The position numbers and the translations under genes were made by a program. Of a stretch of DNA of 64,000 nt, positions 47,197 to 56,583 are shown in pieces. The notes beneath the pieces are model-generated. The model saw only the letters and a program-made list of their open reading frames with translations, searched no databases and had not been told where the DNA came from. Numbering within the stretch: position 1 is the stretch's first letter; each line of letters opens with the position of its first letter. Location: contig JBBDYC010000008.1 of NCBI GenBank assembly GCA_040901985.1, forward strand, positions 112,490 to 176,489. Direction: 5' to 3'. Origin of the DNA: Gemmatimonadaceae bacterium. Its GTDB lineage: Bacteria; Gemmatimonadota; Gemmatimonadetes; Gemmatimonadales; Gemmatimonadaceae.

Positions 47197-47403
47197 ATGC
47201 TCCGCCTGATCGTCAACGCCCGCATCGCGACCGGTGATCCCAGGCGCCCGTGGGCCGACGCGCTGCTGCTCGACGGGGACCGGGTGATGGCGATCGGGGC
47301 GAGCGCCGAGCTGCGCAAGCGCGCCCGGGCGGCGGACGTCGAGGTCGTGGATGCGCAGGGGGGCGTCGTCGAACCCGACGGCGCCCCCTACGTCACCCGG
47401 TGA
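47197..47403 (+). CDS. Small protein resembling an amidohydrolase N-terminal beta-domain
   Basis: IVNARIATGDPRRPWADALLLDGDRVMAIG...VVDAQGGVVEP; lacks the DxHxH catalytic barrel. Confidence 0.55.
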   Translation: MLRLIVNARIATGDPRRPWADALLLDGDRVMAIGASAELRKRARAADVEVVDAQGGVVEPDGAPYVTR

Positions 47404-47424
47404 GGCGCGATGCTCTGCACGTGG

Positions 47425-49533
47425 TCAGAACGCGGTGAGCTCCTCGAAGGCCCGCGCGAAGTCCGCCACCTGCGGCAGGATCGCGTCCTCGAGGGACGGG
47501 GCGTAGCCGACGAAGGTGTCGGTGCTCGCCACGCGCTTCACCGGCGCGTCGAGCCAGGCGAAGCAGTCGTCGGCGATCCGCGCCGCGATCTCAGCGCCGT
47601 ACCCCCACGAGATTGAGTCCTCGTACGCCACGAGCGCGCGGCCGGTCTTCCGCACCGACGCATAGACTGCCTCGCGGTCCCACGGCGCGAGCGTGCGAAG
47701 GTCAAGCACCTCGACCGCGATGCCCTTCTCCTCCTCGACCTGGTTGGCGGCGGCGAGCGCGCGCTGCACGGTGGCGCCGTAGGTCACGACCGTTGCATCG
47801 CGCCCCTCCTTCACGACCCGCGCCTTGCCGAACGGAATCATGAAGTTCGGGCCCGGATAGGCGGACTTGTTGTAGGTCTGGCGGTAGAGGTGCTTGTGTT
47901 CGAGGAAAATCACCGGGTCGTCGCAGCGGATTGCCGTCCGCAACAGTCCGTTGGCGTCGAGGGCGTTGCTGGGGCAGACGACACGGAGTCCGGGGCAGTG
48001 CGTGAAGAGCGAGGCGCCGGTCTGCGAGTGGTAGATCGCGCCACGGATGTAGCCGCCGTACGTGGTCCGGACCACCACCGGCGCGGCGAAGGCGTTGTTC
48101 GACCGCCAGCGCATCGTCGCCAGCTCGTCGCGCAGCTGCATGTAGGCCGGCCAGATGTAGTCGAAGAACTGGATCTCGACGACCGGCTTGAAGCCGCGGA
48201 GCGCCATCCCGATGGCGCGGCCGATGATGTTGGCCTCGGCGAGGGGCGAGTTGTAGACGCGCGTGCCGCCGAACTCCTTCTGCAGCCCCCACGTCACCTT
48301 GAAGACGCCGCCCTTGCCCTTGACCTTGCCGAGGTACTCCTCGCGCGAGACGTCGGCCACGTCCTCGCCGAAGACCACGATCGTCCCGTCGCGCCGCATC
48401 TCGTCCTTCATCGCCGCGTTGAGGAGGTCCACCATCGTCGTCGGGTCGCCGGAGAAGTGCGGGTCGTCCTCGGTGTCGAATTGCTCGCCGGTCGGGTCCA
48501 CGTCGGGCGAATACACGGCGAACGGCACCGTCGAGGGGTCGGGCTGCGGCTGGGCGAGCGCATCGTCAGTGGCCGCCAGCACCTCGGCATCCACCTCCTC
48601 GTGCAGCTTCGCCAGCTGCGCCTCGGTCACATAGCTCTCGTCGAGCAGCCACTTGGGGAACGTGACGAGCGGGTCGCGCGCCGCATCGGCGTTCCGTTCC
48701 GTGTCGGGGCGGTACATCACCTCGTCGTCGGAGAGCGAATGTGAATAGGGGCGGATGACCTTGGCGTGGACGAGCGCCGGTCCCTTTCGCTCCCGCGCGT
48801 AGGCGACGGCCTTCTGAATCACGTCATACGACGCGAGGAGGTCGCAGCCGTCCACCTCCTGGACGAGGAGTCCGGGGAACGACGCGACGAGTTTGGAGAT
48901 CGAGCCGCCTGCGGTGTTGACCTCGACCGGGACCGAGATGGCGTAGCCGTTGTCCTCGACGAGGTAGACGACCGGCGCCTTGAGGTTGCAGGCCGAGTTG
49001 AGCGACTCCCAGAACTCACCCTCGGACGTGGTGCCGTCGCCGGTGGTCACGAGGACGACTTCGTCCTTCCTGAAGTCGTCCTTGATGCCGAGGGTCTTGG
49101 CGCGGAGCACGGCCTCGGCGGAGCCGACCGCCTGCAGGAACTGCGTCCCGGTGGGGGACGAGGTGGAGACGATGTTGAGCTTCCGGTGGCCCCAGTGCGA
49201 CGGCATCTGGCGGCCGCCGGAGTTGGGGTCGATCGCTGCGCCGACGGCGGAGTAGAGCATCTCGGCCGGCGTCATCCCGAGCTGCAGGCAGAGCGCGCGG
49301 TCGCGGTAATACAGGTAGAACCAGTCGTGGGCCGGCTTGAGGACCATCCCGGCGGCGGTGAGCACGGCCTCGTGGCCGGCGCCGGAGATCTGGAAGAAGA
49401 TCTTGTTCTGGCGCTTGAGCTGGATCTCCTTGTCGTCGAGGCGGCGCGACAGGAGCATCGTGCGGTAGGCGGCGACGAGCTGGTCCTTCGTGAGGCCGTG
49501 GGTCGCTCGGCGGGCCTTGGCGGAGGTGGCCAT
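47425..49533 (-). CDS. 2-oxoacid (likely branched-chain) dehydrogenase E1 alpha/beta fusion
   Basis: GDGTTSEG...N TPP motif, [20 protein letters not shown]. Confidence 0.92.
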   Translation of the reverse strand: MATSAKARRATHGLTKDQLVAAYRTMLLSRRLDDKEIQLKRQNKIFFQISGAGHEAVLTAAGMVLKPAHDWFYLYYRDRALCLQLGMTPAEMLYSAVGAAIDPNSGGRQMPSHWGHRKLNIVSTSSPTGTQFLQAVGSAEAVLRAKTLGIKDDFRKDEVVLVTTGDGTTSEGEFWESLNSACNLKAPVVYLVEDNGYAISVPVEVNTAGGSISKLVASFPGLLVQEVDGCDLLASYDVIQKAVAYARERKGPALVHAKVIRPYSHSLSDDEVMYRPDTERNADAARDPLVTFPKWLLDESYVTEAQLAKLHEEVDAEVLAATDDALAQPQPDPSTVPFAVYSPDVDPTGEQFDTEDDPHFSGDPTTMVDLLNAAMKDEMRRDGTIVVFGEDVADVSREEYLGKVKGKGGVFKVTWGLQKEFGGTRVYNSPLAEANIIGRAIGMALRGFKPVVEIQFFDYIWPAYMQLRDELATMRWRSNNAFAAPVVVRTTYGGYIRGAIYHSQTGASLFTHCPGLRVVCPSNALDANGLLRTAIRCDDPVIFLEHKHLYRQTYNKSAYPGPNFMIPFGKARVVKEGRDATVVTYGATVQRALAAANQVEEEKGIAVEVLDLRTLAPWDREAVYASVRKTGRALVAYEDSISWGYGAEIAARIADDCFAWLDAPVKRVASTDTFVGYAPSLEDAILPQVADFARAFEELTAF

Positions 49534-49883
49534 CGGGACGGGGCTGGGGTGGGAAGCCGGTACGCAATGAAAGATAACTCGGGCGGCGTTGCCATCGCCC
49601 GAGGAGGTGGGCCGCCGCTCACAAAGTTGCGACTTCACACCTTTGCCTTGCGCGCACTCAGGTGACCCCCCACTGATGACGCGCGTCATTCACTGCGAAG
49701 GGCGCGGCATGCCGCCGCCGCCCGCGATGGGAGGCCCGTGACCGGAACGTACGGACAGCCGTTCCAGCCGCATCTGCCACGGTCGCTGACAGCGACCGCG
49801 AATCACCGCCTCCTTCCCACAGCCGACACCCCGCCCGGGCACTCCGCCCCGTCGCGGGGTGTCGTCATTTCCGGCGAGGTTCG

Positions 49884-50288
49884 ATGTCACATCGGCGCGT
49901 CCACAATGTCTCGCTCGCCCGTACCCCGCGCGGGCTATCCCGCCACGCTCGCTTCGTGCTTCACCAGCAGCACAAGCGCCAGGTCAAGCGAGCCACTTTC
50001 CGGGATTGTGGACGTCGTTGTGTCTATTGCGGGACCGCGCTCGGCCTCGAGAACGCCACACTGGATCACGTGATCCCGCTCTGCCGCGGCGGGAGCCACC
50101 AGCCGGGCAACCTGGTGGCGGCGTGCCAGCCCTGCAATCAACGGAAGGGGTCGCTCCTCCCCACCGAGTTCTTCAGCCGCTACCCGCACGCCGGCCAGAA
50201 CTTCATGCGCTTCGCGCGGGCGGTGCATCGGACGCTGAAGCGCGGCGCGAGACGGGCGGTCAGTCTGTACTACGCTCACGCGGCGTGA
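49884..50288 (+). CDS. HNH endonuclease (zinc-binding)
   Basis: CVYCG, TLDHVIP, NLVAACQPCNQRK; start may be GTG 49956. Confidence 0.85.
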   Translation: MSHRRVHNVSLARTPRGLSRHARFVLHQQHKRQVKRATFRDCGRRCVYCGTALGLENATLDHVIPLCRGGSHQPGNLVAACQPCNQRKGSLLPTEFFSRYPHAGQNFMRFARAVHRTLKRGARRAVSLYYAHAA

Positions 50289-51144
50289 GCCGAGGAGTCG
50301 AGCTCACGTCCTCGTAGTACAGCATCGCCCGCTTCCGGTCCGTCCCCCACGCGTAGCCGCCGAGTGCACCAGTCGAGCGAATCACCCGGTGGCAGGGGAT
50401 GAGGTAACTCACCGGATTGGCGCCGACCGCCGCGCCGACCGCGCGCGCGGCCTTGCGGTCGCCCACCGCGGTCGCGAGGTCGCCGTACGTCGTCACGCTG
50501 CCCGATGGGATCTCGAGCAATGCGCGCCAGACCTTGAGCTGGAAATTCGTCCCCTTCACGTGCAGCGAGAGCGCCGGCACCCGGTTGCTTCCCGGCGGCG
50601 GGAACGCCTTGGCCGCCGGGCCGCGCGTCGCGGCCTGGTCCGGCACAAGCTCGGCCAGCGGCCAGTCCTGCTTCAGCCGCTCGAGCGCATCGTGCCGCGC
50701 CTTCGGCTCCACGAATGCCAGATGACAGATGCCACGGGACGTCGCCGCCAACAGACACTCACCGAACGGGGTCGGGTGGAATCCGTAGCGCACCGTCACG
50801 CCGAGCCCGGCGCGCTGGTACTCGCCCGGCGTCACCGCCTCGGCGTTCACCACGAGGTCGTGCAGCCGTCCCGGTCCGGAGAGTCCGGCCGCATAGCTCA
50901 CCGCGAGCACCGGGCGCCGCTCGCGCAGCAGCCGCTTCACCACCTCGGCCGTGCGGTGCTGCACGAAGCGCTTGGGACTGATCCCCGCCCAGCGCGTGAA
51001 GACTTTCTGGAAATGCGACTCGCTCAACCCGACGTGCCGGGCCACCGTGCCGAGGCTCGGCGCGGTCGCGTGTTCGACGTCGAGAAAGCGGATCGCCCGC
51101 TCGATGCGGGCGTAGTCGGTCGTGAGTGTGGTGGCGGCGTCCAT
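50260..51144 (-). CDS. AraC-HTH plus methylated-DNA-protein-cysteine methyltransferase (Ada-like)
   Basis: HFQKVFTRWAGISPK, ARAVG, IPCHRV. Confidence 0.9.
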   Translation of the reverse strand: MDAATTLTTDYARIERAIRFLDVEHATAPSLGTVARHVGLSESHFQKVFTRWAGISPKRFVQHRTAEVVKRLLRERRPVLAVSYAAGLSGPGRLHDLVVNAEAVTPGEYQRAGLGVTVRYGFHPTPFGECLLAATSRGICHLAFVEPKARHDALERLKQDWPLAELVPDQAATRGPAAKAFPPPGSNRVPALSLHVKGTNFQLKVWRALLEIPSGSVTTYGDLATAVGDRKAARAVGAAVGANPVSYLIPCHRVIRSTGALGGYAWGTDRKRAMLYYEDVSSTPRLTPRERSTD

Positions 51145-51219
51145 CGAACGGCTCCGGTGAGATGACGCCCGCACGTTACGTCTCGTAGCCATCGCCGACC
51201 ACCCGATTCTTGCGGTCCG

Positions 51220-53097
51220 TCAGAAGTCCACCGGCCGCAGGTAGCTCTCGCCGATGGCGGCGGCACTGAGCATCGCCACCGTCGGCAACTTGCGCTTCCA
51301 GTGCGTCGAGTCGAGCCGCGTGGTCACCAGCCGCAGCGCCTCGGCGTCAATGCCGCGGGCGAGGAGATCCTCGCGCGCCCACCCGTGCAGCAACCAGTTG
51401 AGGATCTCGTCTGCCACGGCGTACGACACGCCGAAGTCCCCCTCGTCCGTCTGGCCGGCAATCAGGTCGGCGCTCGCCGGCTTGGCGATGATCTCGGTCG
51501 GCACGCCGAGCCAGGAGGCGAGCGCCCAGACCTGCGTCTTGAAGAGGTCGCCAATCGCGTTCACCGGCGGCGAGTCATCGGCGTGCCAGGTGAAGTATCC
51601 GAGCAGGCGCTCGCTCTTGTTCCCGGTGCCGAGCGGGAGGGCGTGATGCTTGGCCGACAGGTCGAAGAGCGCAATCATCCGCATCCGGGCCATCACGTTG
51701 CCGCGCCTCGCCGCGGTCGCCTCCGGCTCGGCGGCGAGGTAGCCGTCCACGGCGGCCGAGATGTCGATCGTCCGCCCCTCGATGCCGAGCTGGTCGATCA
51801 CCAACTGGGCGTGGGCAAGGGAGTCGGGGCTCGAGGTGCGATGGGGCAGTCGCACGCCAATCACGTTCTTGGGCCCGAACGCGCGGGCGGCGAGGGTCGC
51901 GACGACGGCCGAGTCCACGCCTCCCGAGACGCCGACGACGGCCTTGGTGAATCCGCGCCGCGAGAACTCGTCCTGCAGGAACTGGACGAGCCATCGCTCG
52001 ACGAGCGCGGCGTCAATGTCGAGGGAAGGGGGCAGGCCGCGTGCGGTGTCGCCGCCAGCGACGACCGGAAGGGGCGGGTGCTCCGCCACGCCGGCCCCGG
52101 GCTTCGGCGCCGCCTTCCTGGCGGCCGCGCGTCCCTTGGCCTTCGTCTTGGCCTTCGTCTTGGCGGCGGGCTTCCTCGGCTCGGCCTCATCGTCGGCCGG
52201 GGGCAGGAGTCCGAGCGTGCGGTCGAGTTCCTTGCGCAGGAAGGGGAGTGCGCTCCGGAGGTCGGACAGGAGGGGGAGGTCCGACCGCACGCGCGTCACA
52301 TCGCCGAGGTTCACCGTGCCGGTGAGGAGCGCCTCCTCGAACACCGGGGCGCGGACGCGGACCTCCCCGTTCGGGCCGGCGATCAGCGACCCGCCCTGAA
52401 ACATCCGTCCCCCCTCGCTGCCGACGAGATTCGCCAGCACGCAGAACACCCCGTGCTCCTCCGCGATGTCCCGGATGAGCCGCTCCCAGCGCTCGACACT
52501 TCCGGGGCCCGGGACCTTGTCGTCGCGCGGCGCGGGGCCGCGCGCCGGCGCCGCAGCGAGAACACAGACCACCTGGGCGCCGTCGAGCGCGGCGATCGTC
52601 CCACTGAGCGAATGCCAGGCGTCCTCGCAGATGAGGATTGCCGCGCGGCCCCACGACGTGTCGAACGCCTCGATGCCGTACCCGCGGTCCACGAACCGCT
52701 CCTCGTCAAAGAGCGAGTAGGTCGGCAGGAAGTTCTTGCGATGGACGTGGCGGAGTTGTACCGGCCGGTCGCCGCCGAGGGCGATGCAGGCGGCGCTGTT
52801 GTAAAGCGTTCCCTCGTGCCGCTCGTAGAACCCGACAATCACGTCGAGCGGCGCGAGCGCCGGCACCAGCGCGCGCACGCGCGCGTCAAGCGCCTCGGCG
52901 AGCGCGTCGGCGCCGAGCGCGAGTTCGCGCACCCCGCCCTCGACGAAGTAGCCCGAGGTCACCGTCTCGGCAAAGACCACCAGCTGCGGGCGCGGGTCGA
53001 GCGCCGACGCCTGCGCCACGAGCGAGGCGATCCGGTCGAGGTTGGCGGCGAGGTCCCCCTTCCGGGGGCGGAACTGCGGGAGTGCGACGGTGAGCAT
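51220..53097 (-). CDS. nadE: Glutamine-dependent NAD+ synthetase
   Basis: Nitrilase domain (E, K, ICEDAW) plus SGGVDS, GTGNKSE, DLFKT; ATG 53097. Confidence 0.92.
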   Translation of the reverse strand: MLTVALPQFRPRKGDLAANLDRIASLVAQASALDPRPQLVVFAETVTSGYFVEGGVRELALGADALAEALDARVRALVPALAPLDVIVGFYERHEGTLYNSAACIALGGDRPVQLRHVHRKNFLPTYSLFDEERFVDRGYGIEAFDTSWGRAAILICEDAWHSLSGTIAALDGAQVVCVLAAAPARGPAPRDDKVPGPGSVERWERLIRDIAEEHGVFCVLANLVGSEGGRMFQGGSLIAGPNGEVRVRAPVFEEALLTGTVNLGDVTRVRSDLPLLSDLRSALPFLRKELDRTLGLLPPADDEAEPRKPAAKTKAKTKAKGRAAARKAAPKPGAGVAEHPPLPVVAGGDTARGLPPSLDIDAALVERWLVQFLQDEFSRRGFTKAVVGVSGGVDSAVVATLAARAFGPKNVIGVRLPHRTSSPDSLAHAQLVIDQLGIEGRTIDISAAVDGYLAAEPEATAARRGNVMARMRMIALFDLSAKHHALPLGTGNKSERLLGYFTWHADDSPPVNAIGDLFKTQVWALASWLGVPTEIIAKPASADLIAGQTDEGDFGVSYAVADEILNWLLHGWAREDLLARGIDAEALRLVTTRLDSTHWKRKLPTVAMLSAAAIGESYLRPVDF

Positions 53098-53200
53098 CGG
53101 AGGAAAGTTGCCACCCTGACGGGGCGGAGGCGAGGCGGCACCCCGGCTGGCTGACCTGGGCGGCACCGCGATGCCGGTACCTGTGTAGAATTCGGTCACC

Positions 53201-55216
53201 GTGAGCCACTGGATCCGACCCCATTTCCGCGCCCTTTTCGTTGTCGGCGCCCTCGCTTCCGCCGACGCCTCTGCCCAGGGCGGGCCGGCGGCGGAGCCGT
53301 GGCGCATCGTCCAGCCACCGCAGTCGTCGCTGGTGTTCGCGCGCGACGGGTCGCTGATCGGCGAGATCGGCCGGGAGTGGCGGACCAACATCACGATCGC
53401 GAGTCTCCCCGCCTTCATCCCGGCGGCGTTCGTCGCGGTGGAGGATCGGCGCTTCTACCAGCACGACGGCGTGGACGTCGTCGGGATTGCGTCGGCGATC
53501 AAGGACAACATCCTTGGCGGGAGCCGCGGGGCGAGCACGATCACGCAGCAACTGGTCGGGAATATGCACCCCGAGATCATTGACCGGTCGGACCGGTCAA
53601 TCGGCCGCAAGCTCCGCGAGCAGCAGGCGGCGCGGGAGATGGAGCGGCATTACGGCAAGGCGCAGATCCTCGAGGCGTACCTGAACCAAATCCACTTCGG
53701 ACGCGGCTGGTACGGGATCGAGAGCGCGGCACGGCACTACTTCGGCAAGTCGGCGGCCGGGCTGACGATCGCCGAGGCCGCGTCGCTGGCGGCGCTCCCG
53801 AAGGGGCCGGCGATCTACGACCCGATCCGCTACCCCGACCGCAACCGAAACCGGCGAAACGCGATCATCGGCTTGATGCGCGACCAGGGCTACATCTCCG
53901 CCGACCAGGCGCGCGTGGCGCGCGCGCAGCCGTTGCGCGTGGCGCCCCACCACGGGATGTCGGCGCCGGCGCCGTACTTTGTGGACGCCGTGCGGGCGCA
54001 GCTGGAACGCGCGGGGATCCCGGTCACGGACGGGGGCTATCGCATCGTCACGACGCTCGACCCCGAGCTCCAGCGCTCGGCGGAATCGGCGCTCCTCGAT
54101 GGCACGGCGGCGATCGAGGCCGGTGAGCGCTACCCCCACGCCAAGCGTGCCGACCACCGCAGCGGCGCGCCGGCCTACCTCCAGGGCGCCGTCGTGGCCC
54201 TCGACCCGCTCACCGGGGACGTCCGTGCGCTAGTTGGCGGGCGGGACCACGCCACCGCGCCGTTCAACCGCGTGACCAACGGCGTGCGCCAGCCGGGCTC
54301 GACCTTCAAGCCGATCGTCTATGCGCGGGCACTGATGGATTCACTGCCGCCGAATGCCATCGTCGCCGACGACTCGATCGAGATCGTCTACGACGCGCAG
54401 TGGTACAGCCCGAGGAACGCCGACGGCGAGTTCCTCGGGCCGATCACCCTGCGGACGGCGCTGTCGCGCTCGCGGAATCCGGTGGCGGTCAGTCTCTGGC
54501 AACGCGTCGGCGCCGACTCGGTCATCGCGCTGGCGCGGCGGATGGGGCTCGCGTCGCCGATCGCGCCCTACCCGTCCAGCGCGATCGGCGCTTCGGCGGT
54601 GCGGCCGATTGACCTGGTGGCGGCGTTCACGGCGTTCGCCAACCTCGGCGCGTCGGTCAAGCCGCGGTTCGTGCTTCACGCGCAGGACCGCTCGGGGGCG
54701 ACGGTGTACTGGCAGGACGTGCGGATGCTGCCGCCGGCCATGGACTCCGCGGTCGCGTTCGTCGCCCTGCAACTGATGCGCGACGCGGTGGACCACGGGA
54801 CGGGGGCCGCCGTGCGCCGCTTCGTTCCGCCGAGCGTCCCGGTGGCGGGGAAGACCGGGACGACCGACGACAACACCGACGTCTGGTTCATCGGCCTGAC
54901 GCCGAATCTGGTGGCGGGTGTCTGGCTCGGGTTCGACCGTCCGAAATCCATTGCGCCGGGCGCGGCCGGCGGCGCGCTGGCGGCGCCGATTTTCGGACAG
55001 ATGTTGGCGCGGTGGGGTGGCGCCGCCGAGGAAGGGTGGGCGGTGCCGGAGGGCGTGGTGAGCGCGGAACTCGACCGGGACACGGGCGCCCTGGCGGAGT
55101 TCGACACTCCGGCCGAGCGGCGCGTGGTGGAGTTCTTTGTCGCGGGGACCGAGCCGCCGGCGCTCCGGCTCGATGCGCGGCGGCTCTTCCGGCTCGGCCC
55201 CCTGCCCCTGTTCTGA
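53201..55216 (+). CDS. Penicillin-binding protein 1A family
   Basis: EDRRF, GASTITQQ, RKLRE; SxxK (STFK), SRN, KTG. Confidence 0.93.
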   Translation: MSHWIRPHFRALFVVGALASADASAQGGPAAEPWRIVQPPQSSLVFARDGSLIGEIGREWRTNITIASLPAFIPAAFVAVEDRRFYQHDGVDVVGIASAIKDNILGGSRGASTITQQLVGNMHPEIIDRSDRSIGRKLREQQAAREMERHYGKAQILEAYLNQIHFGRGWYGIESAARHYFGKSAAGLTIAEAASLAALPKGPAIYDPIRYPDRNRNRRNAIIGLMRDQGYISADQARVARAQPLRVAPHHGMSAPAPYFVDAVRAQLERAGIPVTDGGYRIVTTLDPELQRSAESALLDGTAAIEAGERYPHAKRADHRSGAPAYLQGAVVALDPLTGDVRALVGGRDHATAPFNRVTNGVRQPGSTFKPIVYARALMDSLPPNAIVADDSIEIVYDAQWYSPRNADGEFLGPITLRTALSRSRNPVAVSLWQRVGADSVIALARRMGLASPIAPYPSSAIGASAVRPIDLVAAFTAFANLGASVKPRFVLHAQDRSGATVYWQDVRMLPPAMDSAVAFVALQLMRDAVDHGTGAAVRRFVPPSVPVAGKTGTTDDNTDVWFIGLTPNLVAGVWLGFDRPKSIAPGAAGGALAAPIFGQMLARWGGAAEEGWAVPEGVVSAELDRDTGALAEFDTPAERRVVEFFVAGTEPPALRLDARRLFRLGPLPLF

Positions 55217-55234
55217 CCCGCAGCGCCATTCGGA

Positions 55235-55250
55235 TGTGACACAGGTCATC
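55235..55250. promoter_or_regulatory. CRP/FNR-family-like palindrome
   Basis: TGTGA-cacagg-TCATC upstream of the M8 protease operon. Confidence 0.35.
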
Positions 55251-55284
55251 GGCGCCGCGCGTGTCACAGTGGCAGATTAACCAG

Positions 55285-56247
55285 ATGCTCCGCCCTGTCG
55301 TTTGCCCATTCCCACGCATCATCCTTGCCGCTGCTGCAGCCGCCCTCGGCGGCTGCAGCAGCGGCCCGACGACGGGCGGCTCGGCCAGCGACTACGTCCT
55401 GGAGATCCGGTGGCTCAGCACGCCGCCGACCGGGGCCACGCTGGAGGCGTTCGAGAGCGCGCGCACAACGATCCGGAGCACGATCACCGGGGCCCTCAGT
55501 CCGGTGATGCCGCCGGCCGGCTTCAACATCGCCGACTGCGATCCGAACGACACGAATCTCCAAGGCTTCCCCGACGTGCCGGCGGAGGCGATTCTCGGGT
55601 TGGTCGTCTACATCCAGATCCGTGAGATGGACGGCGTCGGCGGCAAGCTTGGCTCGGCCGGCCCCTGTCTCGTGCGGAGCGCCTCCCAGAAGTACCTGAC
55701 GGCGCTCGGCATCGTTCGGCTTGACGCGGCGGACGTGAGCAACCTGGAGGCGAATGGCCGGCTCGTCGCCGTCGTCTTGCACGAGTTGCTGCACGTGGTC
55801 GGGTTCGGCACCATCTGGCTGGAGAACGGCCTACGCGATACGACCGATGTGGATAATGCGCGATTTCTTGGCGCGCGCGCGCGCGCTGCCTGCGCGGAAG
55901 TACACGGAGGCGGCGCCGATTGCGCGACGACCGTGCCGCTGCACAGTGCGGACGGTGCCGGATCCGCTTACTCCCATTGGCGGGAGACGCTCTTCACGAA
56001 CGAACTGATGACCCCATTCCTGAACTCACCGCCGACGCCGTTCTCGGAGATGACGATCCAGTCGCTCGGCGACCTCGGCTATCAGGTGTCCAGCGTCCCC
56101 GCGCAGCCGTATCTCGTGAGCGGCACCTTCCTCCGCGCCGAGGGCGGCGCGCCGGAGCTGCCGCCGCAGGCGATGCCGGAGCCGACGCGGCCGGTCTTCA
56201 CGCTGGATGACGCAGGAAACCTGATCCCGTTCCGGAGTCCTCGATGA
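55285..56247 (+). CDS. Leishmanolysin-like (M8) zinc metalloprotease lipoprotein
   Basis: LGGC lipobox; LGSAGP, LHELLHVVGFG, SHWRE...ELMT. Confidence 0.85.
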   Translation: MLRPVVCPFPRIILAAAAAALGGCSSGPTTGGSASDYVLEIRWLSTPPTGATLEAFESARTTIRSTITGALSPVMPPAGFNIADCDPNDTNLQGFPDVPAEAILGLVVYIQIREMDGVGGKLGSAGPCLVRSASQKYLTALGIVRLDAADVSNLEANGRLVAVVLHELLHVVGFGTIWLENGLRDTTDVDNARFLGARARAACAEVHGGGADCATTVPLHSADGAGSAYSHWRETLFTNELMTPFLNSPPTPFSEMTIQSLGDLGYQVSSVPAQPYLVSGTFLRAEGGAPELPPQAMPEPTRPVFTLDDAGNLIPFRSPR

Positions 56248-56537
56248 GGATCTGGGTCCCGATCCTGGCGCTTGGCGCCGCGCTGGCCGGGTGCGAACGG
56301 CGCCCGGCGGTGCCGCCGGCCGACGACGCGAGCGCGGACACGATCTCCGCGGGCGACAGCGTCGGCGGCGTTGACAGCGTCCGGTCGGGAAGCGCCGCGG
56401 TGACCGGGCGGACGCCTCCGAGGGTAGATACGACGGCGGCGCTGCCGGAAATCATCGGCTACGACTCGGCGTTCGGCCCGTTGTATGAGGTGGATTCCAC
56501 CGGCAAGTTGGTTCCCATCCGGCCGCGGCGTCCGTGA
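56244..56537 (+). CDS. Small lipoprotein
   Basis: LAGC lipobox; ATGA coupling. Confidence 0.7.
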   Translation: MRIWVPILALGAALAGCERRPAVPPADDASADTISAGDSVGGVDSVRSGSAAVTGRTPPRVDTTAALPEIIGYDSAFGPLYEVDSTGKLVPIRPRRP

Positions 56538-56583
56538 AGCCGGTTCTGACACTCCCACCGTTGCATTCCGAGCAGGGGTTCTC

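Noticed and set aside
49738..50073. ORF with GGAGG-GTG overlapping the HNH gene
   Set aside because: Ser/Pro-rich, no recognisable motif, overlaps a real gene in another frame
49884..50288. HNH gene as mobile element or RNA-guided nuclease
   Set aside because: Small stand-alone HNH with no RuvC motifs, terminal repeats or array; only one upstream hairpin (~49824-49863)
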